A stretch of DNA of 64,000 bases, taken from positions 17,027-81,026 of the forward strand of contig DASPIK010000086.1 of NCBI GenBank assembly GCA_035629075.1. Reading direction: 5' to 3'. Origin of the DNA: Terriglobales bacterium. Lineage in GTDB: Bacteria; Acidobacteriota; Terriglobia; Terriglobales; Acidobacteriaceae. This document shows, one piece after another, positions 19,206 through 27,793 of the stretch. The notes below the pieces were generated by a model that worked only from the letters and a program-made list of their open reading frames with translations, ran no database searches and was not told the DNA's origin. Positions within the stretch are counted from its first letter, which is position 1. Every line of letters starts with the position of its first letter. The position numbers and the translations under genes were made by a program.

Positions 19206-19434
19206 CTGGTGCTCTGCTGTTGACTAATAGTGTAACACTCGATGTACCCGGCGATGCGACAGTCACGTGTCGTCGCAAGCACCTGAGACGAGCGACATTT
19301 ATACACCTATCCCGACGTTTTCGGTGCAAAAACGTTGCAGGGTCCGAGTAGCCGCGGCACGCGCAAGTATCGAAAAGCACTGGAGAACCCCACATCCTGC
19401 ACTCGGCCGTTGGATCCTCAAAGTTTGCGACTTC

Positions 19435-20103
19435 TTATTGCGCTAACTCGTTAGCATCAACCGTCTCCACGCCACGGGGCGGCGTAAACTTGAACCGCGA
19501 ATCCGGGATGGGGATGTTCACATTCTGCGACGAGAACCGAAACTCCGTAGTTGAACCGTCAATCTCTTGAGCAAGCAGCCGATGGAAACTGCCATCAGGA
19601 GCGACCTCCATGATGACATCGGAAATCCTGTCGGTCATGTTCCGTGGGATACCACGGAGCACGATATTGCCAGGCACGAGCGGCTTGATGTCGGGCGCGA
19701 TGGAAAGGCCAGTGAACTCTTTTTCAAGCCTGGTCCTGCCGAGCATATACGCGAGCGGAGTACGTAAGTCGTCCAATTTCTTAATGGATGTCCTGCGAGC
19801 CTGCTTATCTCCCGGAACGTAGAACCAAGCCGTCTTGCCGTCCGTCAGGAAAAGCTTCTCGCGGGGTTCCCGGTACTCCCACCGCATGCGCCCAGGCTTC
19901 TTCAGCCAGAGGGTGCCCGACTCAGAACGTGAGATCCCTGCTCCCCGGTAGATTTCAACGAAGTCAGCTTTCAGAGTGATGAGGCTGTTATAGTGGCGAT
20001 CCACCTTTGCGGCAATCTGTCGCACGTCAGCCTGAGCGGCTGCACTCGCCGATAGGCCTGCCGCAGCAACGACGATAACGAAAAGACGTTTAAGAAAGTA
20101 CAT
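19435..20103 (-). CDS. LolA-like outer-membrane lipoprotein carrier family protein
   Basis: 222 aa with a signal peptide, then TLKADFVEIYRG...GTLWLKKPGRMRWEYREPREKLFLTDGKTAWFYVPGDKQ, the LolA-fold signature region. Confidence 0.7.
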   Translation of the reverse strand: MYFLKRLFVIVVAAAGLSASAAAQADVRQIAAKVDRHYNSLITLKADFVEIYRGAGISRSESGTLWLKKPGRMRWEYREPREKLFLTDGKTAWFYVPGDKQARRTSIKKLDDLRTPLAYMLGRTRLEKEFTGLSIAPDIKPLVPGNIVLRGIPRNMTDRISDVIMEVAPDGSFHRLLAQEIDGSTTEFRFSSQNVNIPIPDSRFKFTPPRGVETVDANELAQ

Positions 20104-20286
20104 TTCGTTACCAGTTTCAGGCTTTCTGACGGGGGTTGCAAGTCGCCGGGCGTGCGCCCCCAGCGGCGACGCTATCCCTACGCTCGGTTCATGTTCAGCG
20201 ACTGCGCCGGTGCTTTTTCCCGGTTAACTCCGTTACAGCGACCCCGCAGCGATATCGGACGTGGTAACGACCTCTGTCCTGTCCGT

Positions 20287-21204
20287 CTAGGGTGCAGTGT
20301 CGGTCTGAGGCTCAGAGGGGCCGCCCGGCAACCCGAAATGTACGTACGGTTTCTTTTCAGGAGACTGCAATTCGACTCGGCCGTCCGGCAGCAGTCTGTA
20401 AATCTGGCCTGTCGGATCAACCGGCACGTCTGTCAGCCATCCGGCCGCCACCATCTCCTCAAAATTGCTGGGAGTTCTTCCAGTACTCTCGCGGAACTTG
20501 CGGACAAGTCGCTCGAGCGTTGGAACCTCCTCGTCGATCTTGAGTGCGATTAGATGCTGCAGTGCATTCTTTCGAACCGACTCCGCCGATGACGTTTCGT
20601 AGATCTTCGTCCACAGGAGCCGGGCGGTTTCGGGGTTGCCACCCTTCTCGGCAGTCGTGGCGGCTAGAACGTGAAGCGCCGGGTTCGCGTTTGGAACCTG
20701 CGAGCCTCGAAGAAATACCTCCGAAGCCTCACGGTACGCCCCCATGTCGTAGTAGATGAAACCGAGGTTGTAGTAGAGCGTCCAATCGCTGGGATTGGCA
20801 GCTATGCCGCGCTCCACGAGTTGCGCAGCCTTGTCCGGCTGTCCCGCGCCGCTCGGTGATTTCTGAGACAGGAAGATCGATCCGAACTGGTAAGCAACGA
20901 GCAACTGCGGATCGAGGGTCGTACTGATATCTAGTAGCTGATACAGCAGCGGATACGTGGCCATTCCATCTACGTGCCGCCTGCCGTAATACTGCACTGC
21001 CCGCGTCCAGTAGATGTCTGCCATCAGCCCCGTGTAGCCGAGGCTTGCCTTCTTCAAAACAGCTGCAGAGGGAATGTACAGTGCCTCTTCTTCAGTCGTC
21101 CGTGCGCGCACGCGATCCAGCGGCGCAAGCAGGAAAGCCGCCCCCGAGATGCACAGGAGCAGCATCGTCCCGAAAATCACAGTAATGCGTCTGCGGGGCT
21201 TCAT
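20287..21204 (-). CDS. Membrane-anchored TPR-like protein, hypothetical
   Basis: 305 aa, one N-terminal TM helix, helical-repeat composition. 4-nt overlap with the upstream ABC permease gene. Confidence 0.6.
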   Translation of the reverse strand: MKPRRRITVIFGTMLLLCISGAAFLLAPLDRVRARTTEEEALYIPSAAVLKKASLGYTGLMADIYWTRAVQYYGRRHVDGMATYPLLYQLLDISTTLDPQLLVAYQFGSIFLSQKSPSGAGQPDKAAQLVERGIAANPSDWTLYYNLGFIYYDMGAYREASEVFLRGSQVPNANPALHVLAATTAEKGGNPETARLLWTKIYETSSAESVRKNALQHLIALKIDEEVPTLERLVRKFRESTGRTPSNFEEMVAAGWLTDVPVDPTGQIYRLLPDGRVELQSPEKKPYVHFGLPGGPSEPQTDTAP

Positions 21205-21977
21205 TTGAGATTTCGTCGTTCAAAGATGATGATTGCGCCCGCGATCGCCGCGCCAGCGTAGAGCACTGCGTAAAGCGTGTTGAGCCCAATCAAAGATCCT
21301 GCAACGCCGTTGCCGTGAGCCACAGTCGAGATCACATTTAACGACGCGAAATTCGGAACGACATGAGCGGCGGCCATCGCGATCCAGCGAGGCACCCCAT
21401 GCATCATGGCGGCAAAGGCTCTCAGATCTTCTGCGAACGTACCGATGACCACAATGGCGAGCGTGAACACGGCGGAAAGCAGCGGCGATGAGAACGTTGA
21501 GAAGAAAAGGGTGACAGCCGTGATGATCACGAACTGCAGCACGATGAAATACAGTGCTACCAGAAGCCAGCCGTCACGAGTCTCGAAACGATGAACAACA
21601 ACAAGCAGGGCCAGGAAAAAGCCCACCGCCATGAAAAACGCATTGACGACCAGCGTTCCGGTCAATCCGAAGAACTTGCCGACAATGAACTCCCACCGAC
21701 GTACTGGCCGCGCGAGCACGGTGTAGAGCGTGCGCTTTTCAATTTCCTTCGAGACCAGCCCTATGCCGATGAATATGGCGATGACGATACCGAAAACTGA
21801 AATTGCCGTTAGACCGAGGTTAACCAGGATCAAGCGCTCGATGCCAATTGAAATTTGGCCGAACAGCACGGACGAGGCCACCATCAGAAGCGCGAATACG
21901 ATCAGGTTGTAGAGCACCCGATCCCGTACCGCTTCCCTGAACGTGTTGAAAGCGATGCTCTTGATTCGCGCCGTCAC
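21201..21977 (-). CDS. ABC-2 type transporter permease
   Basis: 258 aa with six predicted TM helices and the N-terminal FNTFREAVRDRVLYNL motif common in ABC-2 permeases. It overlaps the ATPase gene by 4 nt. Confidence 0.75.
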   Translation of the reverse strand: MTARIKSIAFNTFREAVRDRVLYNLIVFALLMVASSVLFGQISIGIERLILVNLGLTAISVFGIVIAIFIGIGLVSKEIEKRTLYTVLARPVRRWEFIVGKFFGLTGTLVVNAFFMAVGFFLALLVVVHRFETRDGWLLVALYFIVLQFVIITAVTLFFSTFSSPLLSAVFTLAIVVIGTFAEDLRAFAAMMHGVPRWIAMAAAHVVPNFASLNVISTVAHGNGVAGSLIGLNTLYAVLYAGAAIAGAIIIFERRNLK

Positions 21978-22912
21978 TGTGCCACCTCCTGGACTTCAGC
22001 GGTCAGCCGTTCCACGAAGTAATCTTCAAGTGTGGCCCGCACAGGATTGATCGAGATGATCTGGGCGCCGTTTCGGCGCAACTCATCGATAGCAGCATTG
22101 AGAATGACTTCCCTAACCACTGCACGCCCGATGTCACCGGTCATGTAGCATTCGGCTCCAAGATCGAACAGTGCACGCAACGCCGACCCGCCCTGCCACA
22201 CGACTTCGAACTTTCCCTGAACCTTCGATGTGAGATCGGCAACAACCCCAACGCCGCGCAGCTCCCCTTTGTCGAGCACGGCGACGCGATCGCACAGAGC
22301 CTCGGCGTCGGCCAGAATGTGGGTCGAGAAGAAGATCGTCTTCCCTTCGTCCTTGAGACTCTGAATCAGGTCGCGGACTTCCCGGCGACCCATCGGGTCA
22401 AGTCCGGACATAGGCTCATCGAGAAATACCAGCTTGGGGTCGTGAATAATCGCCTGCGCAATGCCGACGCGCTGCGACATGCCCTTCGAGAACTTGCGCA
22501 ACTGCAACTTGGGCGAGACATCACCCAACCCAACGCGCTGAAGCACCGACTCGACTCGGCGCTTGCGGTCACCCGCAGGAATGCCCGAGATCTGCGCATA
22601 ATAGTGCAGCAGTTCGTGCGCGGTCAGATAGTCGTAGAAATACGGCTGCTCGGGCTGGAACCCGACCTGCGCCTTCATCCGCGGATCGTCCAGCGCCATC
22701 CCCAGAATCTTAGCCGACCCAGTCGTAGGAAAGATCAGGCCCATCAGCAGTTTGAGCGTCGTCGTCTTCCCCGCGCCGTTGGGGCCGAGATATCCAAATA
22801 TCTCCCCCTCCTCAACCGTTAACGTGAGGGGCCGCAAAGCACACTTCGGCCGCTTGCGCCAGAAGCCGACGCTATAGGTCTTCTCAAGAGCAAAAGTCTC
22901 GATAGCAGACAT
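21974..22912 (-). CDS. ABC transporter ATP-binding protein
   Basis: 312 aa with Walker A GPNGAGKTTT, signature FSKGMSQRV and Walker B LVFLDEPMSGLD. Confidence 0.9.
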   Translation of the reverse strand: MSAIETFALEKTYSVGFWRKRPKCALRPLTLTVEEGEIFGYLGPNGAGKTTTLKLLMGLIFPTTGSAKILGMALDDPRMKAQVGFQPEQPYFYDYLTAHELLHYYAQISGIPAGDRKRRVESVLQRVGLGDVSPKLQLRKFSKGMSQRVGIAQAIIHDPKLVFLDEPMSGLDPMGRREVRDLIQSLKDEGKTIFFSTHILADAEALCDRVAVLDKGELRGVGVVADLTSKVQGKFEVVWQGGSALRALFDLGAECYMTGDIGRAVVREVILNAAIDELRRNGAQIISINPVRATLEDYFVERLTAEVQEVAQ

Positions 22913-23090
22913 TCAGTTTTCCACCGCCGATGCTGTGAAACGTCTATGCGGTTCGCTTCGAACAGTCCAGTTCGCGATGTGAGTTGCTGGGTGAATGGAT
23001 TATAGCTGACCTGATCTTTCAAAGAAGGAGAAAACGATAACGCAGCGCATGGCTAGCAATTTCTGAGACACCTTTCGCCGAGTTCTGCGA

Positions 23091-24890
23091 TTAAAACGAT
23101 GCTCCCGCCTTTAAGACGGGGGCCGCCGAACGAGAAGGATCCGACACGGGCATCGAAGCGCTCGCATTTGCGGTCGCTGGGCGATAAATCTTCAACAAGC
23201 CCAGGTACTTCTTGGGCAGGTCAGGATGTACTTCGATTCGACCGTCACCCAGCCACTTCGCTTCGAGTATGGCGGTCTTGAACTCCTCAACACTTTCCAG
23301 ATTCACGTATTCCACAGCGGGTTCGGCAGGCCCTGTGCGGGTTGGGTCTTCAAACCCAATCAGACTCGGTATATCGAGCAGCGAAATTGGCTCTCGAAGG
23401 TCGCGCACCGGCAATCCAAACGTGATTAGAGGTACCTCGTGGTACGCGCCCTTATCAAAGTTATCGTTGGTCAACCTCCAGCGCGGTCCATGGTCAGAGA
23501 GCAAGACCAGCTTATTGTGATTGACCGGATCGAGGAATCCGGATCTGCGAATCTCGTCGACAACTACGGCCTGTACGTTTTCGAGTTTCCATGCGTTCAA
23601 GCCGATCGGATCACCGGCAACCCTAAGTTGCTGCCATTCCGCGCTGAAATCCCGCAGCGAATCCACTCGGGCACCCAACACCAGATAGCGGTAAATCGGG
23701 GACAAATCAGCAAACCGTGGATAGACTTCGTCATGCAAATATCCCAGGTGTGCGACCGCGAAGACCGGTTGCGGACCTTCGTGCGAACTCAGGATGTCGC
23801 GGACCACAGCACGCAAGTCGAAGGCGTACGTCCCCGCCTGGTTGGACGGAGTTCCGGCAAAAGGGATTCGAGGCAACCGCGAAACGATGAACGGAAGCAG
23901 TATGCTTCCGTTCTTTGCCGCACACGTAGCCTCCCGCAACCACCCCATATGTCCGCTCTGATCGTGATCGAAGCCAGCCACTGACCCAACATAGCTTGTT
24001 ATTTGATCGGTGAAAAAGCTCCAGGTTTGGAATCCCCTATTTTCGGCTTCCTTTACGAGTTGAAAAGGGGAGCGACTCCAGTCTGGCGACTGAAACGTAA
24101 GCATTACCCCTGTTTCACGCACGGGGCGGTGCATGATAATTGCGGTCCATACCGCGTTCGTTAGCAACCCGGGCGTAATTGCACGCTCATAAAATGCGCC
24201 GCCATTTTCCCGCGAGAATTTCCGGAGTGTTCCCAGGTCCATATGGCTTCCTAGGGAATCGATTCCGAGAACGACCGTTGACCCTCGATTTACCTGCCGC
24301 CCTGAACCGAATACCGGTACTTGCGTCAGCAACCATCCACAAGTGACAAGAATCATTCCGGGCACTACCGCCCGCAGAACGCTTACACGGCGCGATGAGG
24401 TGACGTGAATCAAGACTCCGACCGCTACGAGCAATGAGCAGAGTAGTACGTAGGCCCACAGCAAGGTGACGTGGCGAAGCGGAGCAAATACGGCGTTGGT
24501 AAGGACGGCTGGAAACTCGAACGCCACGCCGAGCGTGAGGCTGATGTAAGCGATTGCTGGTTGCAATAACCGCACAGAAGCGGAATGCGTGTCACTCCAT
24601 GAAAAAACAACGAATACAGCGGCGGAAACTACAAACAATATCGCAGCGGAAACCAGAAACTCGGGAATGAGGTGCAACACTCCCACAGCAACTCCGGGAA
24701 ATGCGATCCAGAAGGGCACCTCTTTCGTAGCCGGATATTCCATCAGGTTCATCCCACCGGCTAGCACGGCTGAAAGCGGCCAAATCATGAACCAAAAGAC
24801 TGCCAGGTGGGCTACTCGCGACATGAATCGACGGAAAAGCCTCGCGGGTTCACGATGAGGATTTGCGATTCCAGGCATAACACCGGCCAC
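23091..24890 (-). CDS. Polytopic membrane protein with alkaline-phosphatase/sulfatase-superfamily-like periplasmic domain (EptA/LtaS/PptA-like)
   Basis: 599 aa with about 5 N-terminal TM helices and a soluble domain carrying VVLGIDSLG and LLSDHGPRW. The GTG at 24890 abuts the pilin stop codon; alternative in-frame ATG starts lie at 24878 and 24824. Confidence 0.55.
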   Translation of the reverse strand: MAGVMPGIANPHREPARLFRRFMSRVAHLAVFWFMIWPLSAVLAGGMNLMEYPATKEVPFWIAFPGVAVGVLHLIPEFLVSAAILFVVSAAVFVVFSWSDTHSASVRLLQPAIAYISLTLGVAFEFPAVLTNAVFAPLRHVTLLWAYVLLCSLLVAVGVLIHVTSSRRVSVLRAVVPGMILVTCGWLLTQVPVFGSGRQVNRGSTVVLGIDSLGSHMDLGTLRKFSRENGGAFYERAITPGLLTNAVWTAIIMHRPVRETGVMLTFQSPDWSRSPFQLVKEAENRGFQTWSFFTDQITSYVGSVAGFDHDQSGHMGWLREATCAAKNGSILLPFIVSRLPRIPFAGTPSNQAGTYAFDLRAVVRDILSSHEGPQPVFAVAHLGYLHDEVYPRFADLSPIYRYLVLGARVDSLRDFSAEWQQLRVAGDPIGLNAWKLENVQAVVVDEIRRSGFLDPVNHNKLVLLSDHGPRWRLTNDNFDKGAYHEVPLITFGLPVRDLREPISLLDIPSLIGFEDPTRTGPAEPAVEYVNLESVEEFKTAILEAKWLGDGRIEVHPDLPKKYLGLLKIYRPATANASASMPVSDPSRSAAPVLKAGASF

Positions 24891-25346
24891 CTAACGCAGC
24901 AAGTTCACGCCGGGAGTGCATACGGCGCCCAGGTAAGCGAAATAGAGTTCAGCTGGCGTGTTAGCGCAGAACGATCGGTTGCCCGAAATGCCTGGCTGGA
25001 GCGGTACGGCGTCGGCAGTAAACTGGTTCGTCGTTCCTGTCGCAGAATATCGGTATCCGTTGTGTTGGTTTGGAGCATTCGCGATCTCGGGCGGCAACAA
25101 GTCCGCATGCGCTTCGTCGGGCGCACTACTCGGCCCGAGATTTTCGAGAGATGCGGGATACTTTCCGAAAGAAATCTTGTAGGCGATCTGAGACGTTGTT
25201 ATCGAACGAAGAGTACTGACCGCCGAGGCTTCGTTGGCCGCTATGCGAGCGCGGCTCAGCACGGGTACTGCCAGAGCGGCAAGCACCAGCATGATGGCGA
25301 CCACGATCAGCAGCTCGATTAAGGAAAAACCTCTGCTCCGGCGCAT
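24891..25346 (-). CDS. Type IV pilin / pseudopilin (prepilin-type N-terminal methylation signal)
   Basis: 151 aa starting MRRSRG|FSLIELLIVVAIMLVLAALAVPVLSRARIAANEASAV. Confidence 0.85.
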   Translation of the reverse strand: MRRSRGFSLIELLIVVAIMLVLAALAVPVLSRARIAANEASAVSTLRSITTSQIAYKISFGKYPASLENLGPSSAPDEAHADLLPPEIANAPNQHNGYRYSATGTTNQFTADAVPLQPGISGNRSFCANTPAELYFAYLGAVCTPGVNLLR

Positions 25347-25370
25347 ATCGGCCTCGAAAATCGAATTCGA

Positions 25371-26777
25371 TCAACTCTCTGTTACGGGCTCAGCTTGCTT
25401 AATTGAAACGCGACGACGTAAGCCGAAGCTCTGCTTGAATCTGACGTTCAAATCACTGAGGAGTTCGGCAACGACATATGAACTGAGAAGCAACATCACT
25501 GGCTCAATCGCGTACCGATATCGCTCGGAAGGCAGCGTGAGATAGTAGACAGCCGGGTACGTGACGATCACTCCCAGGTACAGAAGCGCACCCGCCAACC
25601 GCCTTGCAAGTGTCGCTATTAGCCCCAGCAACATCAGTAGCGAAAAACCCGCGTAGAGGGGTGCCACCTCGCCAAATTTGGCGTCAGTCCAGAAAACCCA
25701 GGTGCGCTTAATGGTTAGCTGAACGAACTCCAGCGGATACTCACGAACAAACTGAAACGCCTCGCGCTTTGCCTGAGCCACGTACTCCATCTCTCCGAGA
25801 CGCCGATATTTCTCGAACTCCCATTTGTTCAGACTGGGATGTTTCCCGAACCAGCCCATGCCAAAGCTGTGGTGATAGTTGCTCAAATGAAATTCGAAAC
25901 CGGCATTGCCGCGAATGAAAACCCACTGGTGCATCACCAGGCGATTGCGAACCAGCCAAGGCGAGACCAAAGCAGCCATAACGACCGCGGCGACAACGAC
26001 GTTGCGCCACTGAAGAGATCGCCTTTTCCAGAGATGCCAGACCGGCCAAGCAAACGAAAGCGGCATGAACGCCAGCAGCGCCGGGTTCGTCAATGCGGCC
26101 ACGGCCCAAAGCGCACCGAAGCCAATCCAACGCCACGCAGAAGAATTCTCGGCCAGAGTGAACGCGATAAAGAACAACCAAGCGAGCAGCAGTCCGGAAA
26201 CACTAGTGTCCCACATGCAGGTCACTGGCCAGAACATGAACAAGGCGCCAGCAGACCATATCCAACCAGCGCTGGCAGCGACCTTCTTCCCGAAGGTGCG
26301 TTCGCCGATTCTCACCATTGGTATCGTCGTGAGGGCGCTGAACAACCCGTTTAGGGCCAGAATGACGATTCCAGAGGCCTTACTGAAAACGCCGAATACT
26401 TTGAAAATGAAAGCGCACATCGCGGGGTAGACAGGTCCGATCCATGTGGTCGGCCCTGTTCCGCCCCCGAAAGGAGATGAAAAGCCATGGCCTGTGGCGA
26501 GGGAACTGGCAACCTGTCCCGTTTCCCACCCGAATGGGAAGTGTATATAGGGGTAGTGCGGCGGCGCGTACGGGACGCCCAAGTCGGTCGGGGGGAACTC
26601 GTAGGTTTTGAAATAAAGAATAAGCGCGAGTCGGATTACGAACCCGACTGTCACCATCCACGCCAGAACGAAGCCCGCCGTCCGCTCCACTGGTTTGGAA
26701 TCCGCAAATCCCCAAAGTTGCACCGTCGCCCGTAACATCGCCGTTCCTCTGCTTTTAGCCGCCGAAAACCACCCCAA
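25371..26777 (-). CDS. GT-C fold glycosyltransferase (PMT_2 / ArnT-like, GT39/83-type)
   Basis: 468 aa, more than 10 TM helices, with the first periplasmic loop motif GWETGQVASSLATGHGFSSPFGGGTGPTTWIGPVYP. Clear paralogue of aa 40-470 of ORF 54485-56650. Confidence 0.75.
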   Translation of the reverse strand: MGWFSAAKSRGTAMLRATVQLWGFADSKPVERTAGFVLAWMVTVGFVIRLALILYFKTYEFPPTDLGVPYAPPHYPYIHFPFGWETGQVASSLATGHGFSSPFGGGTGPTTWIGPVYPAMCAFIFKVFGVFSKASGIVILALNGLFSALTTIPMVRIGERTFGKKVAASAGWIWSAGALFMFWPVTCMWDTSVSGLLLAWLFFIAFTLAENSSAWRWIGFGALWAVAALTNPALLAFMPLSFAWPVWHLWKRRSLQWRNVVVAAVVMAALVSPWLVRNRLVMHQWVFIRGNAGFEFHLSNYHHSFGMGWFGKHPSLNKWEFEKYRRLGEMEYVAQAKREAFQFVREYPLEFVQLTIKRTWVFWTDAKFGEVAPLYAGFSLLMLLGLIATLARRLAGALLYLGVIVTYPAVYYLTLPSERYRYAIEPVMLLLSSYVVAELLSDLNVRFKQSFGLRRRVSIKQAEPVTES

Positions 26778-26844
26778 TAAAAAGGGGAGCTTCGGTCTTC
26801 CCGCTGCTCCCCTGATTTATAGCCTAAGCTTTTAATGCGTTGGA

Positions 26845-27336
26845 TTAGAGCGGCGGCAAGGCCACGCACGCTGCTGCATCAGCCGGAGCTGTTCCAGCGG
26901 TATTCTGGAATATGGTACCGGTCGCAGTGGCGCAGAACGCGCGGTTGCCGGTCGTGGTTCTCGTAATCGGAACAGCGGTCGTCAGGAAGTTGGTTGTGGG
27001 AGTAGCTGCAGTCACGGCAAAGGTGTACCCGGATTTCTGGCTTGGAGCGGTAGAAAGAATCGGGTCGATCAAGCAGGCACCCGTGGAGCTAACCGTGCTG
27101 GCAGAGCAGTCCGCCGCGGAGCCGCCAAGCTTTGCAATCGTATCGGCGTACGTACCGTAGCTGGTGAAATACGTGATCTGGGCGGTTACGATGGTGCGCT
27201 CGGACGCAACAGCAGAGGCTTCGTTAGCAGCAATGCGCGAACGCAGCAGGTTCGGGATTGCGATGGCGGCGATGATCAGGATGATCGCCACGACGATCAG
27301 CAATTCGATAAGCGAAAAGCCCTTCTGTCTCTTCAT
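26845..27336 (-). CDS. Type IV pilin / pseudopilin (prepilin-type N-terminal methylation signal)
   Basis: Internal ATG (27336) of ORF 26845-27408, preceded by aggagaagag. The N-terminus is MKRQKG|FSLIELLIVVAIILIIAAIAIPNLLRSRIAANEASAV. Confidence 0.85.
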   Translation of the reverse strand: MKRQKGFSLIELLIVVAIILIIAAIAIPNLLRSRIAANEASAVASERTIVTAQITYFTSYGTYADTIAKLGGSAADCSASTVSSTGACLIDPILSTAPSQKSGYTFAVTAATPTTNFLTTAVPITRTTTGNRAFCATATGTIFQNTAGTAPADAAACVALPPL

Positions 27337-27430
27337 GGTTCTTTCTCTTCTCCTAGAAGATCTTGTGAATTCTCGCTGCTGGAATCCCTGTTCTGCGTTC
27401 CAGAGCACTGACTTCGACCGGCGATATCAA

Positions 27431-27448
27431 TTGCACCGGTCGTGCCAC
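27431..27448 (-). promoter_or_regulatory. Sigma54 (-24/-12) type promoter for the pilin operon
   Basis: The minus strand reads gTGGCACGaccgGTGCAa. GG and GC are separated by 10 nt, and there is one mismatch to TGGCACG-N4-TTGCW. The site lies about 95 nt upstream of the pilin ATG at 27336. Confidence 0.55.
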
Positions 27449-27566
27449 TCTGGATTTCGGACCCTTCGAATTCTCTGGATGACGCGTATGTCTCTGATTG
27501 TGTGGCTGTTAGGGATCTCGGAGGAAGGTGTAACAAGCCCGCAAAGGCGTGCGCAAACCGGCAAGG

Positions 27567-27608
27567 TTGACAAATTCTGTCAAGCCGCACTGACAGAATC
27601 TGTCAAGG
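27567..27608 (-). promoter_or_regulatory. Putative enhancer (UAS) with three CTGTCA motifs, including a perfect 8-bp inverted repeat
   Basis: The sequence is ttgacaaaTTCTGTCAagccgcacTGACAGAAtCTGTCAagg. The inverted repeat is 27575-27582 / 27591-27598. The site lies 120-170 bp upstream of the sigma54-like promoter. Confidence 0.4.
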
Positions 27609-27720
27609 AGAGATCTTTATCGGGCGTTTAGACCTGTCGCGCCCGGGCGAAGTGCAGCAACAGCACTGGAATGCAGGACACCAAGCCAGCTTAGTGACTC
27701 AGTCAGGAATCAGATCAGTT

Positions 27721-27756
27721 CACAAACAGCAAAGCCCCGCACCTGACGCGGGGCTT
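27721..27756 (-). terminator. Rho-independent terminator of erpA
   Basis: 9-bp GC-rich stem aagccccgc / gcggggctt (27732-27740 / 27748-27756). On the minus strand it is followed by tttgctgtttgtg. It lies about 40 nt after the erpA stop. Confidence 0.6.
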
Positions 27757-27793
27757 CTACTACTGATCTCTGTCGATTGGTCGCTCGCCGTTC

